This document shows, in pieces, positions 13,731-28,475 of a DNA stretch of 64,000 nucleotides. The notes beneath the pieces are model-generated. The model had not been told where the DNA came from. It ran no database searches and saw only the letters and a list, made by a program, of their open reading frames with translations. Origin of the DNA: Callorhinchus milii. Its lineage: Eukaryota. The stretch covers positions 76,758,001 through 76,822,000 of the forward strand of contig NW_024704743.1 of assembly GCF_018977255.1 (NCBI RefSeq). The letters are read 5' to 3'. A program made the translations under genes and the position numbers. The stretch's first letter is position 1. Each line of letters begins with the position of its first letter.

Positions 13731-14465
13731 AACAACAACAACAACAGAATCATATTTGTATAGCGCCTTTCATGTCAGGAGGAAGTCCCAAGGCAATGGA
13801 CAGTTAGCGATTCGGACCTGAGCTGGGGGTCGGGATTGGGGAGGGTGGAGGGCAGGGGAGAAGCAGGGTGATCGAAAGCACAGTCAAAGAGGAGGGTCTG
13901 AGATAGGTCTTGAAGAAGCAAGGGAGGGGGTGAGGCGGAGGGACTGTGGGATGGAGTTCCAGGGGGTGGGGGCAGAGTAGCAAAAGTCTCGTCCGCCGAT
14001 GATGGGGTGGGCGAGGTGGAGGACGTGAAGCAGACCAGAGCCCGCTGAGCAGAGGGAGAGGGCAAGATGGTAGAGGGTTAGGAAGTCGCAGAGGTAGAGG
14101 GGAACAAGCCCATGGAGGGCTTTGAAGGTGAGGACCAGGATCTTGAACTTTATCTTCTGTGTGAAGGGAAGCCAGTGGAATTTTAGGATGGGAGTGTTAG
14201 GGTCTCGGAGCCTGGTGCGGGAGAGGTCACGGGCTGCAGAGTTCTGGATGATCTGCAGCCTATGGAGGGAGGAGTTGGGAGGCTGACAAGCAAGGAGTTT
14301 GCATAGTCAAGCCTTGATGTTATGAATGCGTGTATGAGGGTTTCTGCGGCCTGCAGTCTGAGACAGTGGCGGAGCCAAGAGATGTTGCGGATGTGGGGGA
14401 TGGCAGAGCGGGTCATGGCACGGATGTGGGGTAGAAAGGATAATTGAGGGTCAAACAAGACGCCA
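13731..14465 (-). mobile_element. L2 3' fragment
   Basis: Reads [15 protein letters not shown] and HAFITSRLDYANSLL; (CAA)n on the + strand at 13731. Confidence 0.9.
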
Positions 14466-17400
14466 TATTTTGTAGAAACTGGGCATTCAAAGGCAGTGAG
14501 CATTTGTGGAACTATTCAGTCTTGGAGCCATCATAGCTCGCGAATTCTGCCCTCATCTGAGGTAGCAACATAGAAACACAGACACTTTCACCATAGAGGG
14601 AGGCCATTTTTCCCATCGAATCTTTGCCACTTCTATCTGTATTATTAAATCACACTCTCATTTTATTAATCTCATTTTCTAGCTCTTTCTCAATAGGAGA
14701 ACTGGATAGCAGTTGACAATAGGAATACTGGCCAATTTCTCCCTTTGCAATTGAAGCCAGGCAGAACTGCAATCGAATCTTCTTCCTAGTCTGTATCTCA
14801 CCACCATACTGATGTATTTATTCACCAAGAAACTGGTATAATGTATAAATATATAAACTGACCCAATATTAGACTTTTAACATGTGTCATTGTTAATAAA
14901 GTAGAGCCATCTTACAAATATCAATATTCAATGTCTGCAGGTTTTTGAGAGTTAAAAAACTGGAGATGAACTGATCTGGATGAATGATTAGGGTAAAAAG
15001 TGCAGTATATGATAATATACTGGAGGCAAGTCCACCAAACAGGGTGGGTGGACTTGCCTCCGTTGGTGACTTTAGAAGTTGAATTAAATTATTAAATTGA
15101 TGTTGCAGAGCTGGCACTGAAATGCAGGGATTTGTATGGTGGCCGGGCTGGACGATTAGCTCAATTGTTGCAGCAATTCCATTTGTAATTAGTCAGGGAG
15201 CCAGAGTGTCTCCTTGCATCCAGTTGTCAATTGGGATCACTGGTCATTGACGTGCTTGATCATGGTGTGTGCATGTTAAGGCTCATGTCACTATCCTTAC
15301 AGTGAGAAAACATTGTCTGGTCAAGAGACAGAATTCAAAAACGATAAGATTAGCTTCAAAACAGTGTTTTGCAATCTAGAAGTATCAAAGAGGCTAGACT
15401 GCCTTTGGCATTCCAGAGAATGAGTTATGTTCAGGGAGGAGCCTCAGAAGTAGAAAGTCCTGTTTGTGAACAACAACAAAAACAAATTTGTCAGCATTAT
15501 TAGAGAACATGGCTCTCAGTGATATGTAGACACTAGAATTAAAAGGTGTTAAAATAAGATATTTACACACTTTGACATTTTTTAAATTTTTTTAATAAAA
15601 TGCCCTTTCAGAGTTAGGCTGGAAAGCTCAGGAGAGGCACAGAACATATTCTCTGTTCAATATGTTTTAGTTCACCACCAAAGAATTCACCAACACCAAA
15701 CCTGCAATTGGAATATACGGCACCTTCAATAGCTGCTTCAATAGGTTCAATATTTGCCATCAGTGGACAATTTGAAATGTAGTGAAATGGGGAAGGGATT
15801 TAAGGGGGGGAGGGTGTGAGACGCCTGTGAATTCAATTGAATGACCTTTCCTGACTGCTATTGGCTGCAATATTGATTTGCCCTCTGCACCAGAGAAAAG
15901 AAATTGCCTCCTTTGGTTGCTCAGACACACCTCCTACTGATCAGTGCACAGAATGACAGAGACATTCCTGATTGGTTCTGGTTGCGATGATCGTAAGAGG
16001 TCAGAGAATCAATGAGGAGAGGAAAATTCAAAATCACTTTAAAGAACAAGGACAAAAATGCATTTTGTTCCCTATAGGAAGTGATCCTGTAAAGATTAAG
16101 CTTGGTGATAAAAGAGCTACTGTGTATCAGGGCTTCTTTTGTTTGTAAGGAAGAAATACCATTTGTTCAAAGTTTAGAATGTCGTCTGAGGAGGAGTAAC
16201 CAAAGGCCCTTCTGAGGACACAGTCTTCTTTCCCTTTCACTCACCCTCACACGATAATTGGGTCATGATGATGTTCCATCACACGGTTAACTCCAGTAAC
16301 AATGGATCAGAACTCTATTTCTGGTTTCAGATTACGTCCTATTTATGGTACACTATTTTCTTTAAATCTGCAGAAATTTACTAAAATTGGCGCAACATTC
16401 ATAGATTGTAAATCAGAGGCCTGAAATTTCTCATGCCTGAAAAATTGAAAATTGTGCTGAAATTTGGAAAATTCTTCAATTCAGTTCTGAATTGGGCACC
16501 GTTTTTTCCGCAGCTATTTTGAAGGCTACAACTAAAAGATTTCTAGCCTCAGGTTTGCAGTTTACAGTCTGGAAGCAAATAACATTCTTGCTGCTTGTCC
16601 AACTCGGACCACCCTATGTATTAGAGCATTGGTTTGCACAGTTAACAGGAGTGAACTGGGAAGAATCCCTGTCACCAGTGACTAGACTATCTCTCATTGA
16701 ACATCCAATAAGTGCAGATTTAAGCCCTTATGTCCTCCCAATGTGAAAGGCGCTATACAAATGTGATTTTGTTGTTGTTGTTACTAGGTGGATAGCACGT
16801 ATGAGATATTTCTTGCAAGCCTCTTAGTGAGCAGCACAGCTCAGAATGAAATGTGTGAAAGCATTATCACTGTCCTCCTGCCCATAACATTACCATCTAG
16901 CACCTACAAATCCACCAGTTGGAATTGCAAAGCTTGACCAGCATCTGCTTACCTCTCTGCAAACTAATCAAACTGGAAATCGAGTCCTGGATATATGAGC
17001 CTTGGAGACCACTTGGAGCAACCAATAGGAGAGGCAGTTATGGCAGAACATTGATTCACATCATTGCAATGTAAATGCAGATGGTGCAAATTGCTTCACT
17101 CTGTGTTAAAAAATTGCGACTTAAAAGTTCTTGGGTGGTCCGTTGAGCCACCTAAGAGCTTACCAGGGGCTGGTTTTAATGTTATTGTGGAGCAAGTCAC
17201 ATGAATGTCTCTTTATTAATATTTTTATTGAAAAGCAGCCACTGTTGGGCCAGTATCCCCTGAATAATCTCAAAAAGCTGTTGTTCAACACTCAAAATAA
17301 TGATTGGAATGTGTTTCGGAAATGCTGCATTTTTTATCATGTTATTTATACAAACCAAATGAGTAACCCATTACACGTGTATTGTACAAGTGTTAAGATT

Positions 17401-20400
17401 GAGCTTCCAGATATAAGAACACTTCTTTGAATCCTTAATCGCCAATCTGATTTCTCACAAATCTAACTAGCATGTATTCTGCTCAACAGAAACACAACCA
17501 TTGAGCAGTTGTCTAAGTGCAGACAGAGCTAAATGTTTGATGTGGAAAAAAGACCCCGTCTAGTAAACCTGCATTTATTGTAGCTCCTCTGTCAAGGAGA
17601 TAGAGATGTATTCAAAACTCCCATCTGCTTAAAATCGATTATAGTACAAATTATGGCTTTGGTCCTGGAGTAATGCCTAACTTTCAAAACCTGTGCGAAT
17701 TTGAAACCACGCATAAATGGGGTGCTCCAAAACCCAAGATAATTCAGTGAGAGGATGTGGGTTCCTTGCCACAATTCCCACATACTAGATTCCCAAACTC
17801 TGCCATTCTATCAGGAAAAGCAAGGATTTTTTCTACATGGAACGTGAGAATAGAGCATGGCATGAGTCTATTCCTTCTATAGTTATAATTTCTACCCTCT
17901 CATTGACAACACCTCACTTATTTAACCCCTCTCTAATTGAGTAATACTGCATAATACTCATCCAGTCTTCCATTTCCAATATAACTTTCCAGAGATGATA
18001 TTTTCATGCCGCCAGTAACATAGGAATCATTGTGTTTCTCAGAATATTTATAACCAGTTTACATTGTATGAAGCACAGCACTATCGCTTCGAGCACTAAG
18101 GCAATTGGAAGCAGGAAGCCTGACTTAAACGTACTGCTCTTAATCAGATTAGCTGGGTTGGGGAGTTACACATTAGTAAAGCCGAGTAGATGCAAAGAAC
18201 TCCAGTAGTTTTTTTAATGTTCCCAATGTATGGTCTGCAAATCATGATGATGAGTCAGGCTGGCTGGTTTGTCATCAGGAGTGCCCTAGAGCACTGCAGA
18301 CCTGCCTGGCTCAGTCCTCTCTGCAATAACATTCCATATATTAATCCAATTCTTTTTTTTAAGAAAAAGGAATGAAGAGATGAAACCTCAGTTTCCCTTG
18401 CTAGGAATGAATTTCACATACCCACTGCACTGTTGAAAAACATCCTAATCTCCAACCTTATTTGACTTGTGTCACTCACTGTCCAAGTTCAGTTCTGTGA
18501 GTCCACCTTCAGAACTTTGACCACAAAGTATCACAATCACCATTGTTGAGTTTTGTGACATCCTCTCATAGCATTTTCTAAAAAAAAGTGCCAATATTCG
18601 TATACAATATTACAAGAGTGACCTCAACTGAAGCCTAAAATGTCAACTTGTCTTATCCTATAAGACAATTTGTCTTAAAATTTAAGATCACGCTGAATCA
18701 TGAAAAATTCTTAAATGATGTCTTGAAGCCTGTTCTCTTCAAGAACTGTAAAAAGCTGGCAATCAATAACAATCAAGCCTATGAAATATCTGACATGGTA
18801 TTAGGTGTATACAGGGGATACAACACAGCAGACCACCAGCAACTGAACACCTGCAGACGGTCTAGGATGCACTTGCATTGCCAAGTGGAGGGGGGAGCTG
18901 AACACTGAAGAATATAGGTGGGGGCATTTTGAGCAGAATCCTTTCTCTGCTTCAAACTACAGAATTACATAAGTTTTGTGATATTGGTATTACTTCAAAT
19001 TTATCCCAGCTAATCCTATAGCTCAAGAGTCCTGCAAACTCAACACCAGCTCACGTCTTAGGCATATCTCTGCATTCTCAAACAAAGGAGGCTATTGTCC
19101 AAATAGTGAAGAGCTGATGCTCCATGGCACATATCATGGTTCTTATTTGCTGCTGCAGCATAAAGCTGCGTGCAGATCCAGAACTAACGTAACAAATAAT
19201 GAAAGGTGATATTTATTTTTCTATTTCTTTCTTTCTTTCTTTGCCCCTCTCATGTATTCATTTTCCTAAGACAAATGGTTCAAAGATGTCTATTACCATT
19301 TCCCAAACGTGTGTGTATTCGGTAAGATGTTTGAGCAAATCACAGAAGTCAAAAGTAACCAGAGTTAGAAGAATTACAGTCACTGCAGTGCCAACTGCTT
19401 TGAATTAAAGTGACCTCATCAGAGTGGACGCTTTCCAGATGGTGTGCCAAAAAAATTCAATAATCTTACAATAAAATATGAAACAAGGCGACCATTCAGC
19501 CATTCACTCTATTCCTTGCACAGCCATAGACGCTATCCAATGTACTTAATTTGACAGAGCCATACTATCATTCGAATTACAGTATAGAAGCAGACCATTT
19601 GGCTCACTATGCTGGTGACTAACTGCACTTCAGACTTTCAAGCGGAAAAACTAACTGAAGTCACTGACTGATCTGCAAGATTATGAATATTGGGGCCCAA
19701 GATATCAATCTAATATTTCATTCTGCATTGTCAAATCTGAGTTTTTTTGGAAGAAAACTAGTTCCCAAATTAAGAATGCATTCAATAATTTTCTACATTT
19801 CTGCACAATGGTAAATTTGAAGACTTTTATGTTAAGACTAAGGCAAAGTGGAATTTCAGGCCACAGTTGCTTTCCACAGATGGCATTTCTGTAGTTCCAG
19901 CATACAGGTGCTAGCATGCTCCATTGAGCATTTAATGATCTGTGGTTATACTTATCCCTCTTTATTGTTCCAGGGTTTTTTTTGCTGATACTTTAATTTA
20001 TGAATCTTCAAATTATTAATAAAGATTTCTGACCCTGAACACAAAGCTTCAGCCTCGTTGCTTGTTCATGTTGTAAATCCTCAAAAATGATTTAGCTTTT
20101 TGGTCCATTTGATTTCATTCTTCTAGGATACCAATTTTTTGTTGTTGACATTACAGTACCAAGCTGATTTTTAAATGAGCGAAGTCCTATTTTCCTGGAA
20201 ATACATTCTAGCTGTTGTTTACCTTCTGCAGAAAGAAAACACTTGCTCTTTTTACTAAACCTGGCTCTCAATTCCTCGAAAACCTGCAACATCTTGCTCC
20301 ACTACTTTGGATTATCTGAAAGAATGCTTGCCCGGTCCTCTCTCCTCTCCTCAAGCTTGCTTGACTGCCGTTTGTGGTTGGGGAATAATTTTCTAGGTAA

Positions 20401-22780
20401 TCCCCCTCAAATTGCCTTTTTTTGTTGTTTACTCTGTTTTTTTGCCTCACCTAAGACCGAATGAAGGTATATGTAGGTACATGATGTGATACAGAATGGG
20501 AGGTTTCTCTCAGGGGTGAACTTTATGGGCCATGTGTTCTTTTATTCTCTCTTTGCTACTATACATCAACAGTATGCAATTTTATCTTTATTGTGATGCC
20601 TTCTACTTTTCAGGTCAAGTGTTCGCTTTATTACTCTATAGCTAACAATCCATCACCTTTACTGGACGAGAAGCAGGAAAGTTTTAATATAACAATTCAT
20701 TCTGTATTATTTTCAATGACAGTAATCTGGCAGAATGTTTGAGGCTTTTAATAGAATTGCAGTGCGCTGGTGACATTGACAAACTGCTTTTGCTTTGCCT
20801 TCATAGTTCGCAATGTCACCAGTACCACTCTATTAAGTTACAGTCTTGTCACTCCATGCCAGCTATCAATCACCTGTGATCTAATGCTATTTATTCTGCC
20901 ACATCCTAGGATTGTTGACTGCAATAAAGATTGTCTGGTCGTACAATATGAAGGTCAACTGGGATTTTGTTGGTCCAAAATGTACTTTAAGTCAACAGTT
21001 TCTGGAACTTACGAGTCGGAATGAAATTTGGTCCCATACATGTCAGCTGCCACATGAATGAAAAAGCATTACAAATTAAAACCAGTACATCATAGCACAA
21101 GTGGTTTGGTTCTCCAGTCTTGTGCATGGTTATGCAAATGGAATGCATTTGTTTGCCCTGGAGAAGATGGTCTGAGTGCCCCAGAAATGGCCACCTTTTC
21201 TCTGTAATAAACTTAAATTGGTCCTTCCTCGCTTGGCTGCCAGCTGATTCAGGCCATTGGCGATGCAAAAGGAAATTTGCAGCAGCTTTTTAAACAAGCC
21301 ATTACACACAATTAAAACAGGACCTACGTACTATTCTTGGGTTAAATACTCTGCAAGCCATTTAGGCCAGAAAAACAAATCTTGATTGAGCCACTTCAAG
21401 AAGCAGTTCTGCAGTTGTGCCTGAGGGTCGGGGACGGGTGGAATCACGTTTATATTGCAGGCCAAATTCCACGGCAGCAGAAACAGCAGACAAAGCACTG
21501 CTTTTACACAGACTGGTGCCTGCGCAGTTTTACAGACATGTTTTTACATTTTATTCTTACCACCAGACCTTCCCCAATGATAGTGAGAGATAAACTCCAT
21601 TGTTGACCTGTACAAGTGGGTTCCCACACCATTAAGAAGAGAGCTGGTGGTAGCAGTATATTGCACTAGGGTTTCTGTCTTTGAAAGCACCACAAAAAGC
21701 ATCTCTTTTTGTACATATTGGATACCTTCTGCCTCCAAAGTTGGTTTTGCCATTGACAATGTTGGCAAAAGGAGATAGAACTGAGCCAATCCCAATCCAC
21801 TGGGCCACCACAACAGTTTCAAAATGTAGGGTCCATTACAGTTTTCTGGTGATATGCTGTTGTTTGGTAGGAAATGTAGAGAGTCTGGGGCTGAATACAG
21901 TTATCACAGGATCAAGCCCTAGGCTCTGGATGGTTAAAGGAGTTTCAGACACTTGGGAGGTGGACAGTATTGTAGCAAGCTCCAGTAATCACTGTTTTCC
22001 CTGCCTGCAAAACATTCTGTAGTGGCTGGCCGTTTATCAGTGTGAGGGATCACTCCTCTCTGGCAAAGGATGAAACCTAGTATTGCCTCAGATTTGCTGT
22101 AGCTTTCGTGGTAACCAAATTCTTGTTTTAAGGGAGACAGGTACTCTAGGTTAAGTACTGGCTCTTAGATGTGTTTCAGTTAGTTCTTAGTTTGTTTTCT
22201 CAATATTCACATTTGTGGGGCTCCTCTGTGTTCATGTGATTTATTGTAACAGGAACATCAGAGTGACACAGGGCAAGGGGAGCCCTTTCCCTACATCACT
22301 GCAGCGCCACTGAAGTAGATGAATCGAGAGCTACACAATGGAGCCCTGTAAATGTGAAAATCTATCAAAATAAAATAAATAAATTCAATTACCACGGACA
22401 CACGGACTGCTTACCCTGAGAGTGCCCTTCTCCTTCAATAAATCCAAAATAATCGGAGCTGTGTTTTGTACTCCCCAGTATTGAAGTGCTAATACTGTAT
22501 TTTGATTCCATTTTAAACCAAAGTTGTGCTGAATCATGCAGTGCTGCAGCTGGGTGTCATTGACAATAAATCTTATGCCGAATAAATATGGACCATGGGA
22601 GAAATTGTCTCTTATTCATAATGCACAGGGAAAATGCAATCCTTCTGTATCAAACCATCTAACTCAAGAGTAAAAAGAATTGGTGCTCAGGGTCGCTACC
22701 CCGTGTGAAGGACACTGTATAAATGCAAGTTGTTATTGATAGTGGTGGGAGGCTATAGTTTTGAGACGTATCACTGCTAT

Positions 22781-22978
22781 TTACAACAACAACAACAACA
22801 ACAACAAGATTCCATTTATTGAGCGCCTTTCACGTCGGGAGGACGTCCCAAGGCGCTGTACAGTTGGGTCAGGACCCGAGCAGGGGGTAAATAGTCAGGG
22901 TGAGGGGAGGGAAGGGAGGGAGCGAGGAGGGGGTAGAGAGTCGAGAGAGGAGCTGAAGGCTCGGTCAAAGAGAATGGT
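22781..22978 (-). mobile_element. L2 3' end, young
   Basis: Near-identical to the 3' end of the 34054 element, with a single copy of the G-rich unit. Confidence 0.9.
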
Positions 22979-23177
22979 GTAGCAGCATTTTGCTTCAAGA
23001 GCATTCTGTTTCTGTGATGTATTTAAAATATTGGGAATTTATTAGTGACTGTTAGCCAATTGGGGGAAAGGTATTTGGCTGCTATGATACTTACTCTTTG
23101 AATAATCTTTGTCATGGAGACACTTGTTATTAATTTGGAAATGAACTATGTAAATCTCTGGAATCGTTTTATATACA

Positions 23178-23440
23178 GCCAGCCTGGCTCAGCTGGGAGA
23201 ACTCTCACCTGTAAGTTGTGAGTTCAAACCCCACATTGGGATTTTGAACACACAGTGAATGCTGACACTCCAATACAGTGTTGGAGGGTGCTGCATTGGC
23301 AGAGGTGACATCCTTAAGATGAGCCATTAAACTAAGGTCCTGTCTGCTTGTTCAGGTGGAAACAAAGGATTCCAATGCATGATTCGAAAAGAGAAGAGAA
23401 TTTCTCCCAGTGTCCTGGTCAAGAAACCTCCAGATAATAT
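23178..23440 (+). mobile_element. Older tRNA-headed SINE with Deu-domain-like body
   Basis: TGGCTCAG head, GAGTTCAAACCC B-box, body GATGAG..TTAAAC..AGG..CTGTCTGC..TTCAGGTGGA..TTTCTCCCAGTGTCCTGG, recurring many times in the window; resembles recalled SacSINE1/DeuSINE. Confidence 0.75.
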
Positions 23441-24064
23441 TGGTTGCTGATATCATTTAGTAGGCAATACTACTATTTTTCAAAATGAAAGCTGTTCATT
23501 GAATCATCCATGATATTTCATTCAAATGCAAAATATAGAAACTAACATTTTAACAGGGATTAGTGGAATTAGTGGAATTCCTTAACCCAGATGGTTTAAC
23601 CCTTTCCTTGTGGTAATAAATATTCATAACTTTGTACCTAATCCCTTGAGTGGAATCAGTATTCCTAATTAGGGATTTACCTTTAGTTCTCACATTGCTC
23701 CCAACCTCCCGATTCCTCGCAGCCAGCTTTTCCTGGTCAGCTAGCTGTTTGCCAATGTATAACACAGGAACTTATTAAAATTCCTCCTAATATGGATTAA
23801 CAGCACGTTCCACCATGAAACTGACCAAATAAAGTTGGTTTCCTGTCTTTTTTACCAACAAGGATAATTAAAGGAACAGGAACACATTTCCAGAATTCAT
23901 TAAAGTGTTCCTTGTCCTAATGAAGGGAAAGAATGTGTTGAGGAATACCTGCAAATTGTGCCCCTGTTAATCTGAAATAACAGCTGTGAAGAAGAATATA
24001 ATATTGCATGTGTATAGTAAGTTCCCTGTATTTGACAAATGGCCAGTTAATGAAGTTCTCACAG

Positions 24065-24730
24065 GTTCAACATCGCCGCAACTTTGCCAGACTCCGCCAC
24101 TACTACACGACTCAGGCTGCCGAAACACTCACCCACGCATTCATCACATCAAGGCTCGATTACGGGAACTCCCTCCTCATCAGCCTTCCCAACCTCTTCC
24201 CTTCACAAGCTGCAGATCATCCAAAACTCTGCAGCTCGTGTATTCTCACGCACCAGGCTCTGTGACCCCATCATTCCCACCCTCGCCTGACTCCACTGGC
24301 TCCCCATCCCCCAGAGAATCGAGTTCAAGATCCTTGTCCTCACCTTTAAGGCCATTCATGGCCTTGCCCCCTCCTACCTCTCTGACCTGATGACTCCCTA
24401 CCAACCTGCCCGCTCCCTCCGTTCAGTGGGCTCCGGCCTGCTCCATGTCTCCTGCCCGACCCGCCCTACCATCGGTGGCCGGGCTTTCAGCCTCTCTGGC
24501 CCCACATCTGGAACTCCATCCCACGGTCCCTTCACCTCGCTTCCTCCCTTGCCTCCTTCAAGGCCGATCTCAAGACCCTTCTCTTCGATCGTGCCTTTGA
24601 TCACCCTCCGATCTCTCTGTCTTCTCTCACCCCTACACCCCATGCTCGGGCCCCGACACCTGACTTCAGCACTTTGGGACGTCCTTCCGACGGGAAAGGC
24701 GCGCTATAAATGTAATTTTATTGTTGTTGT
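24065..24730 (+). mobile_element. L2 3' fragment
   Basis: Reads [25 protein letters not shown] and IGGRAFS; stem-loop and TTG tail. Confidence 0.9.
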
Positions 24731-26485
24731 TCACACCCTTCTATAGAGAGAGAATATAAAGAGAGTCACCATTCCTATTTCCTTTACAAACAGCACTGGA
24801 TTGCTGGGAATAATATGTCACCATAACTCACTTTTATGATAAAGATGAACTAACAGATGAGCCTGATTAAAAAGGACTATCATACTTTCTAACGCAGCTG
24901 GTATCTGTGTCACAGTTGTGAGGAAAAATATCAATCACTGTTCAACAATGAATTTAAAGAATCTCATCAGATGACATATTTCTACCTAATGATTCATCTG
25001 CATCCAACTAACATGTTAAGAAAAATACATCCGTCTTCAATAAATTCTGATGGTTCTCACATGTGCAAACAGTATGGCTTTGTCTTGTCTCTTGGCAAGG
25101 TTAGGGATAAAATTAGCAGGAAAAACTGGAAGAAAATTATCTATGAATTCAAAATTTGTTGTATTTGTAAGGTAACTATTTTAAACAAATGAATTAATTC
25201 TGCTCTCGAGAACCATGCACTGTCAATCTCTGTCTACTTTTACATATGGAGTAATTTTTGTGTTACAGTTGACCAAAACTAATAGTCTGCCTGCGGTATA
25301 TTGACCAACACAGGTCAGTGAATAATGGACCAGTCACACAACTCTGCCCTGGTGCTGCAGTTGTAGTCTTCAATCTTAAAAAATCTTAGATGGAATTTGA
25401 GACAAAATGGATGATCTGAAAACCACAGCAGAAAAGGGCAGGGTAAATGGGTCATTTATAACACCTTACAAGAATTCCTGCTGAGAAAAGCTGGCTGGGA
25501 AACACATAGACTGAGTCAAAATGCAAGCTCCACTTGTTTCAGAATCAGGCAGTCCATCAGGTATAAAGGAAAAACAATTTTCCTCTATATAATTGGTCCA
25601 AAAGGTTCACAATTTTAGCTGTTCCCATAGAGCTTAGTAATATAGAATTAAAAGAAGGCTATGCAGACTTTATTCAGTTTATATTATACTTCCTTGTTCT
25701 GTAGCTTGTCTGCTTGGTGAAAGTATAGGGTTAGCATAAGGCTAGCAGTGTGCAGTGTGAATCATGGGTGTGATAGATAAATTCTAAGTAAATAAGCAAG
25801 CTGTCTGTGTTATTGCCTGTGCTCCTATCTCTGTCTGTTATTTAACCTTGATCTAACCCAGTCCTGCTCCACAGCTATGTTGTCCGAAGGTATGTTGAGT
25901 TACACTGTGATTACATAACTATTACAGAATAATACTACCATGTGATTCACCAAAGATTATATTTAGGGAATTTTGCTGTTCTAAAGCAGAATTAGAAAAT
26001 AATTGAAAGCCTGGTATATATTATATCACTATTACGTATATTTTAGGAATTAAAAGAAAATGTTATAATGCCTAAAGATTGAGCAATCTGTTAGTGATTA
26101 TAGGAAATAAAGGAGCAAAGAACAAGAAAAGGTAATTTGGCCCATCAAACCCATTCCAACATTTACCAAGTGCAATTTGTTCTAGACACAATTTATTTTA
26201 TCTAAGGATTTCCCAAACATAGTCAGGTAAGACTACCAGCCATCTATCTAACCTTGCCACCTGCATTATTAATCCTTGATTATTTTCCCAGGCATGACAT
26301 TCCGATAAACTTCACAGCTCAGAAATTAATCTAAGAAGGCATGTCGCCATCTCATTTATAAAAGGACTTATTTGACACTGTTTTGATTTGGAGTCTATCC
26401 CACACATCCGCTGCCCTACAAAGAAAATAATCACATTTCTTCTCTCTTCTGCCTCCTACAGTAGTTTTGCTAATTATCTTCCTGT

Positions 26486-26795
26486 GGAGTCCTGTAGCTC
26501 AGTGGTTTGAGCACTCGCCTCACAAGCGAGAGACTTGGGTTCGATTCCTGGCAGGGCGAAGACTGGGCAAGTTTCCTTACTGCACACGCCTGATAATGAT
26601 CCCTCAAGAAAAAAAACAATTAGAAATTGGTCACTTCAATCCATGACTATTTTTAGGACGCTGCTTCTGGCAATTGGCTGCAGCTTTCCACCCACAAATA
26701 TACAGTCAATTCACTTTACATTCTGTGAAGCACTTTGAGACGTCTAGAAAATATGAAAAACTTTTTATCAAATGCAAGGATTATTATAATTATTA
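26486..26795 (+). mobile_element. tRNA-derived SINE, short subfamily
   Basis: GGAGTCCTGTAGCTCAGTGG head, GGTTCGATTCC B-box, no central segment, (ATT)n tail. Confidence 0.9.
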
Positions 26796-27904
26796 CTGTA
26801 TCTTCCGGTTCTAAATCACAGACCTTGCGACTAAATTTATATCTGTGTTATCCATGTCTTTTAAGATTTTGAAGATTTGCCTCATTCTCTTTCTGTATTT
26901 TTCCTTTCTCCAAAAGTGGATTCGGTCGTGTAAAAATCTAGAAGATCTAGAATATTCTAAGTTAAAATCCCAGAATTATTCTTGTGCCTTTTTTTCTTGA
27001 ACCTCTCCAAATCATCACATATTTTTTGAAATCATCAGTTGTTTTCTGCAGGCTCAGATGGATCACTATGCTGGAGGTTTTATTGATTGCCTTTGTGAAT
27101 ATCTGCAAAACTTTCCCCCAGGAGGTGGCCTGAAAAACACGATGGGGAGAGTTTTGTGACGTTTGGGGAAAGAATGGATTTGATGAATTAAATGGCATTT
27201 TATCATTCCATGCTTTCTTATTTTCTCACATTTGTCACCTGAACAAATAGCTTGATGTCACCAGAACATATTAATATTACAGGAACTGCCCTCCTCCATA
27301 AGAGGTCCAAATAATATTAACAGCAGGAGATCTGGAACAGACATCTGCAGAATGTTGCCGCTTAATCTCTTTCGTACTGAGTTCTTTCCATTCGTCATGA
27401 CTTGTTTTTAGTGCTAAGACAGTTTTCAATGTGTGCTAGCTATTTCTTCAAAACCTCATAGATGTGCACCTTTGTCAAATACTTTCTGAAAACACAGATT
27501 AGTCATAACCACTCAAAAGCTATGACGTTGATGTGATGGTTAAAAATGTTGTATTTGTCAACTGGAAATGACTGCACTTATAGCAACTTCTGGTCTGGAG
27601 TGAAAATTACAAATCAGAAGCTAAGCAAAATTGCAACATAAATTAGGGAGGTAGCACTAAATGATTGTGACTGCCGTTTTGCTCTCCGAGCTTTGGTCAG
27701 ACTTTTCAGGCCTTTTCAGGCCTTTTCAGCCCACAAGTAAACCTCTGGTCCCAAACACAATTTCCGGAGCTTGTGAATACTGTATTTTCAACCCTAATCT
27801 TCAAAGTGCAACTGTGGAACTATGTACATTGCCAGCAAGCCGCACAAGCTGGACGTGCATTGTGCATGCCTCATAAGTGCACCAAATAAAGTCTTTTAAT
27901 CATT

Positions 27905-28100
27905 ATAATAATCCTATATAATCCTTGCGTTAGATATAGCGCCTCATCACGTAATCTAGATGTCTCAAAGAGCTTCATAGAATATACTATAAAGTGAATT
28001 GACTGTATGTAGGCGAAATGCGGCAGCCAGTTGCCCAGGAATCAAACCCAGGTCTTCTCGCTTGCAATGCGAGTGCTCTAAACACTAAGCTACAGGACTG
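27905..28100 (-). mobile_element. tRNA-derived SINE with internal deletion (head joined to tail)
   Basis: Reverse-strand head (cactaagctacaggact) joined after the B-box directly to the 3' body and tail. Confidence 0.8.
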
Positions 28101-28119
28101 CAATCATTATACATATTAA

Positions 28120-28412
28120 GTGGGGACCTTATACAGGAATACAAGATTTTAAATGGGATTGAGAATGTAAAACCAGAACAATAATTTCGGATTCACCGAT
28201 ACAGCAGAACAAACAGACATAGGAATACAGTTGCAAAGGATCCAGGCAGTATTAATGAATGGAACAGGTTGCCACGAAGGCTAGTTGAGTCCAGGCCATT
28301 GGACTCCTTAAAATAACACAGCTTGATGCTGTGATGGGAGAATGGTAATTTGGGCATTCTGGAAGGATGAGATCAAGTGGACCTTTATTATCCAAACCTA
28401 TCTTGTGATATC
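28120..28412 (+). mobile_element. Old CR1/L3-like 3' fragment
   Basis: GGGGACCTTATACAGGAATACAAGATTTT (GDLIQEYKIL), TGGAACAGGTTGCC (WNRLP), tail TCCAAAC..TCTTGTGAT. Related copies at about 52545-52702, 48700-48790, 57230-57312 and 11705-11760(-). Confidence 0.65.
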
Positions 28413-28475
28413 AAATGATGAAAGCCTGATTCATTTAACTGATTGACTTATTTTTACAATTTGTGTCTTTTTCAG

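Noticed and set aside
16079..16144. Possible internal exon after ttccctatag
   Set aside because: The donor is weak and there is no recognisable similarity to BBS9 or another protein.
26486..26560. tRNA-Ala gene
   Set aside because: A and B boxes and the anticodon arm are present, but it is a SINE head continuing into the family body, with no proper acceptor stem.
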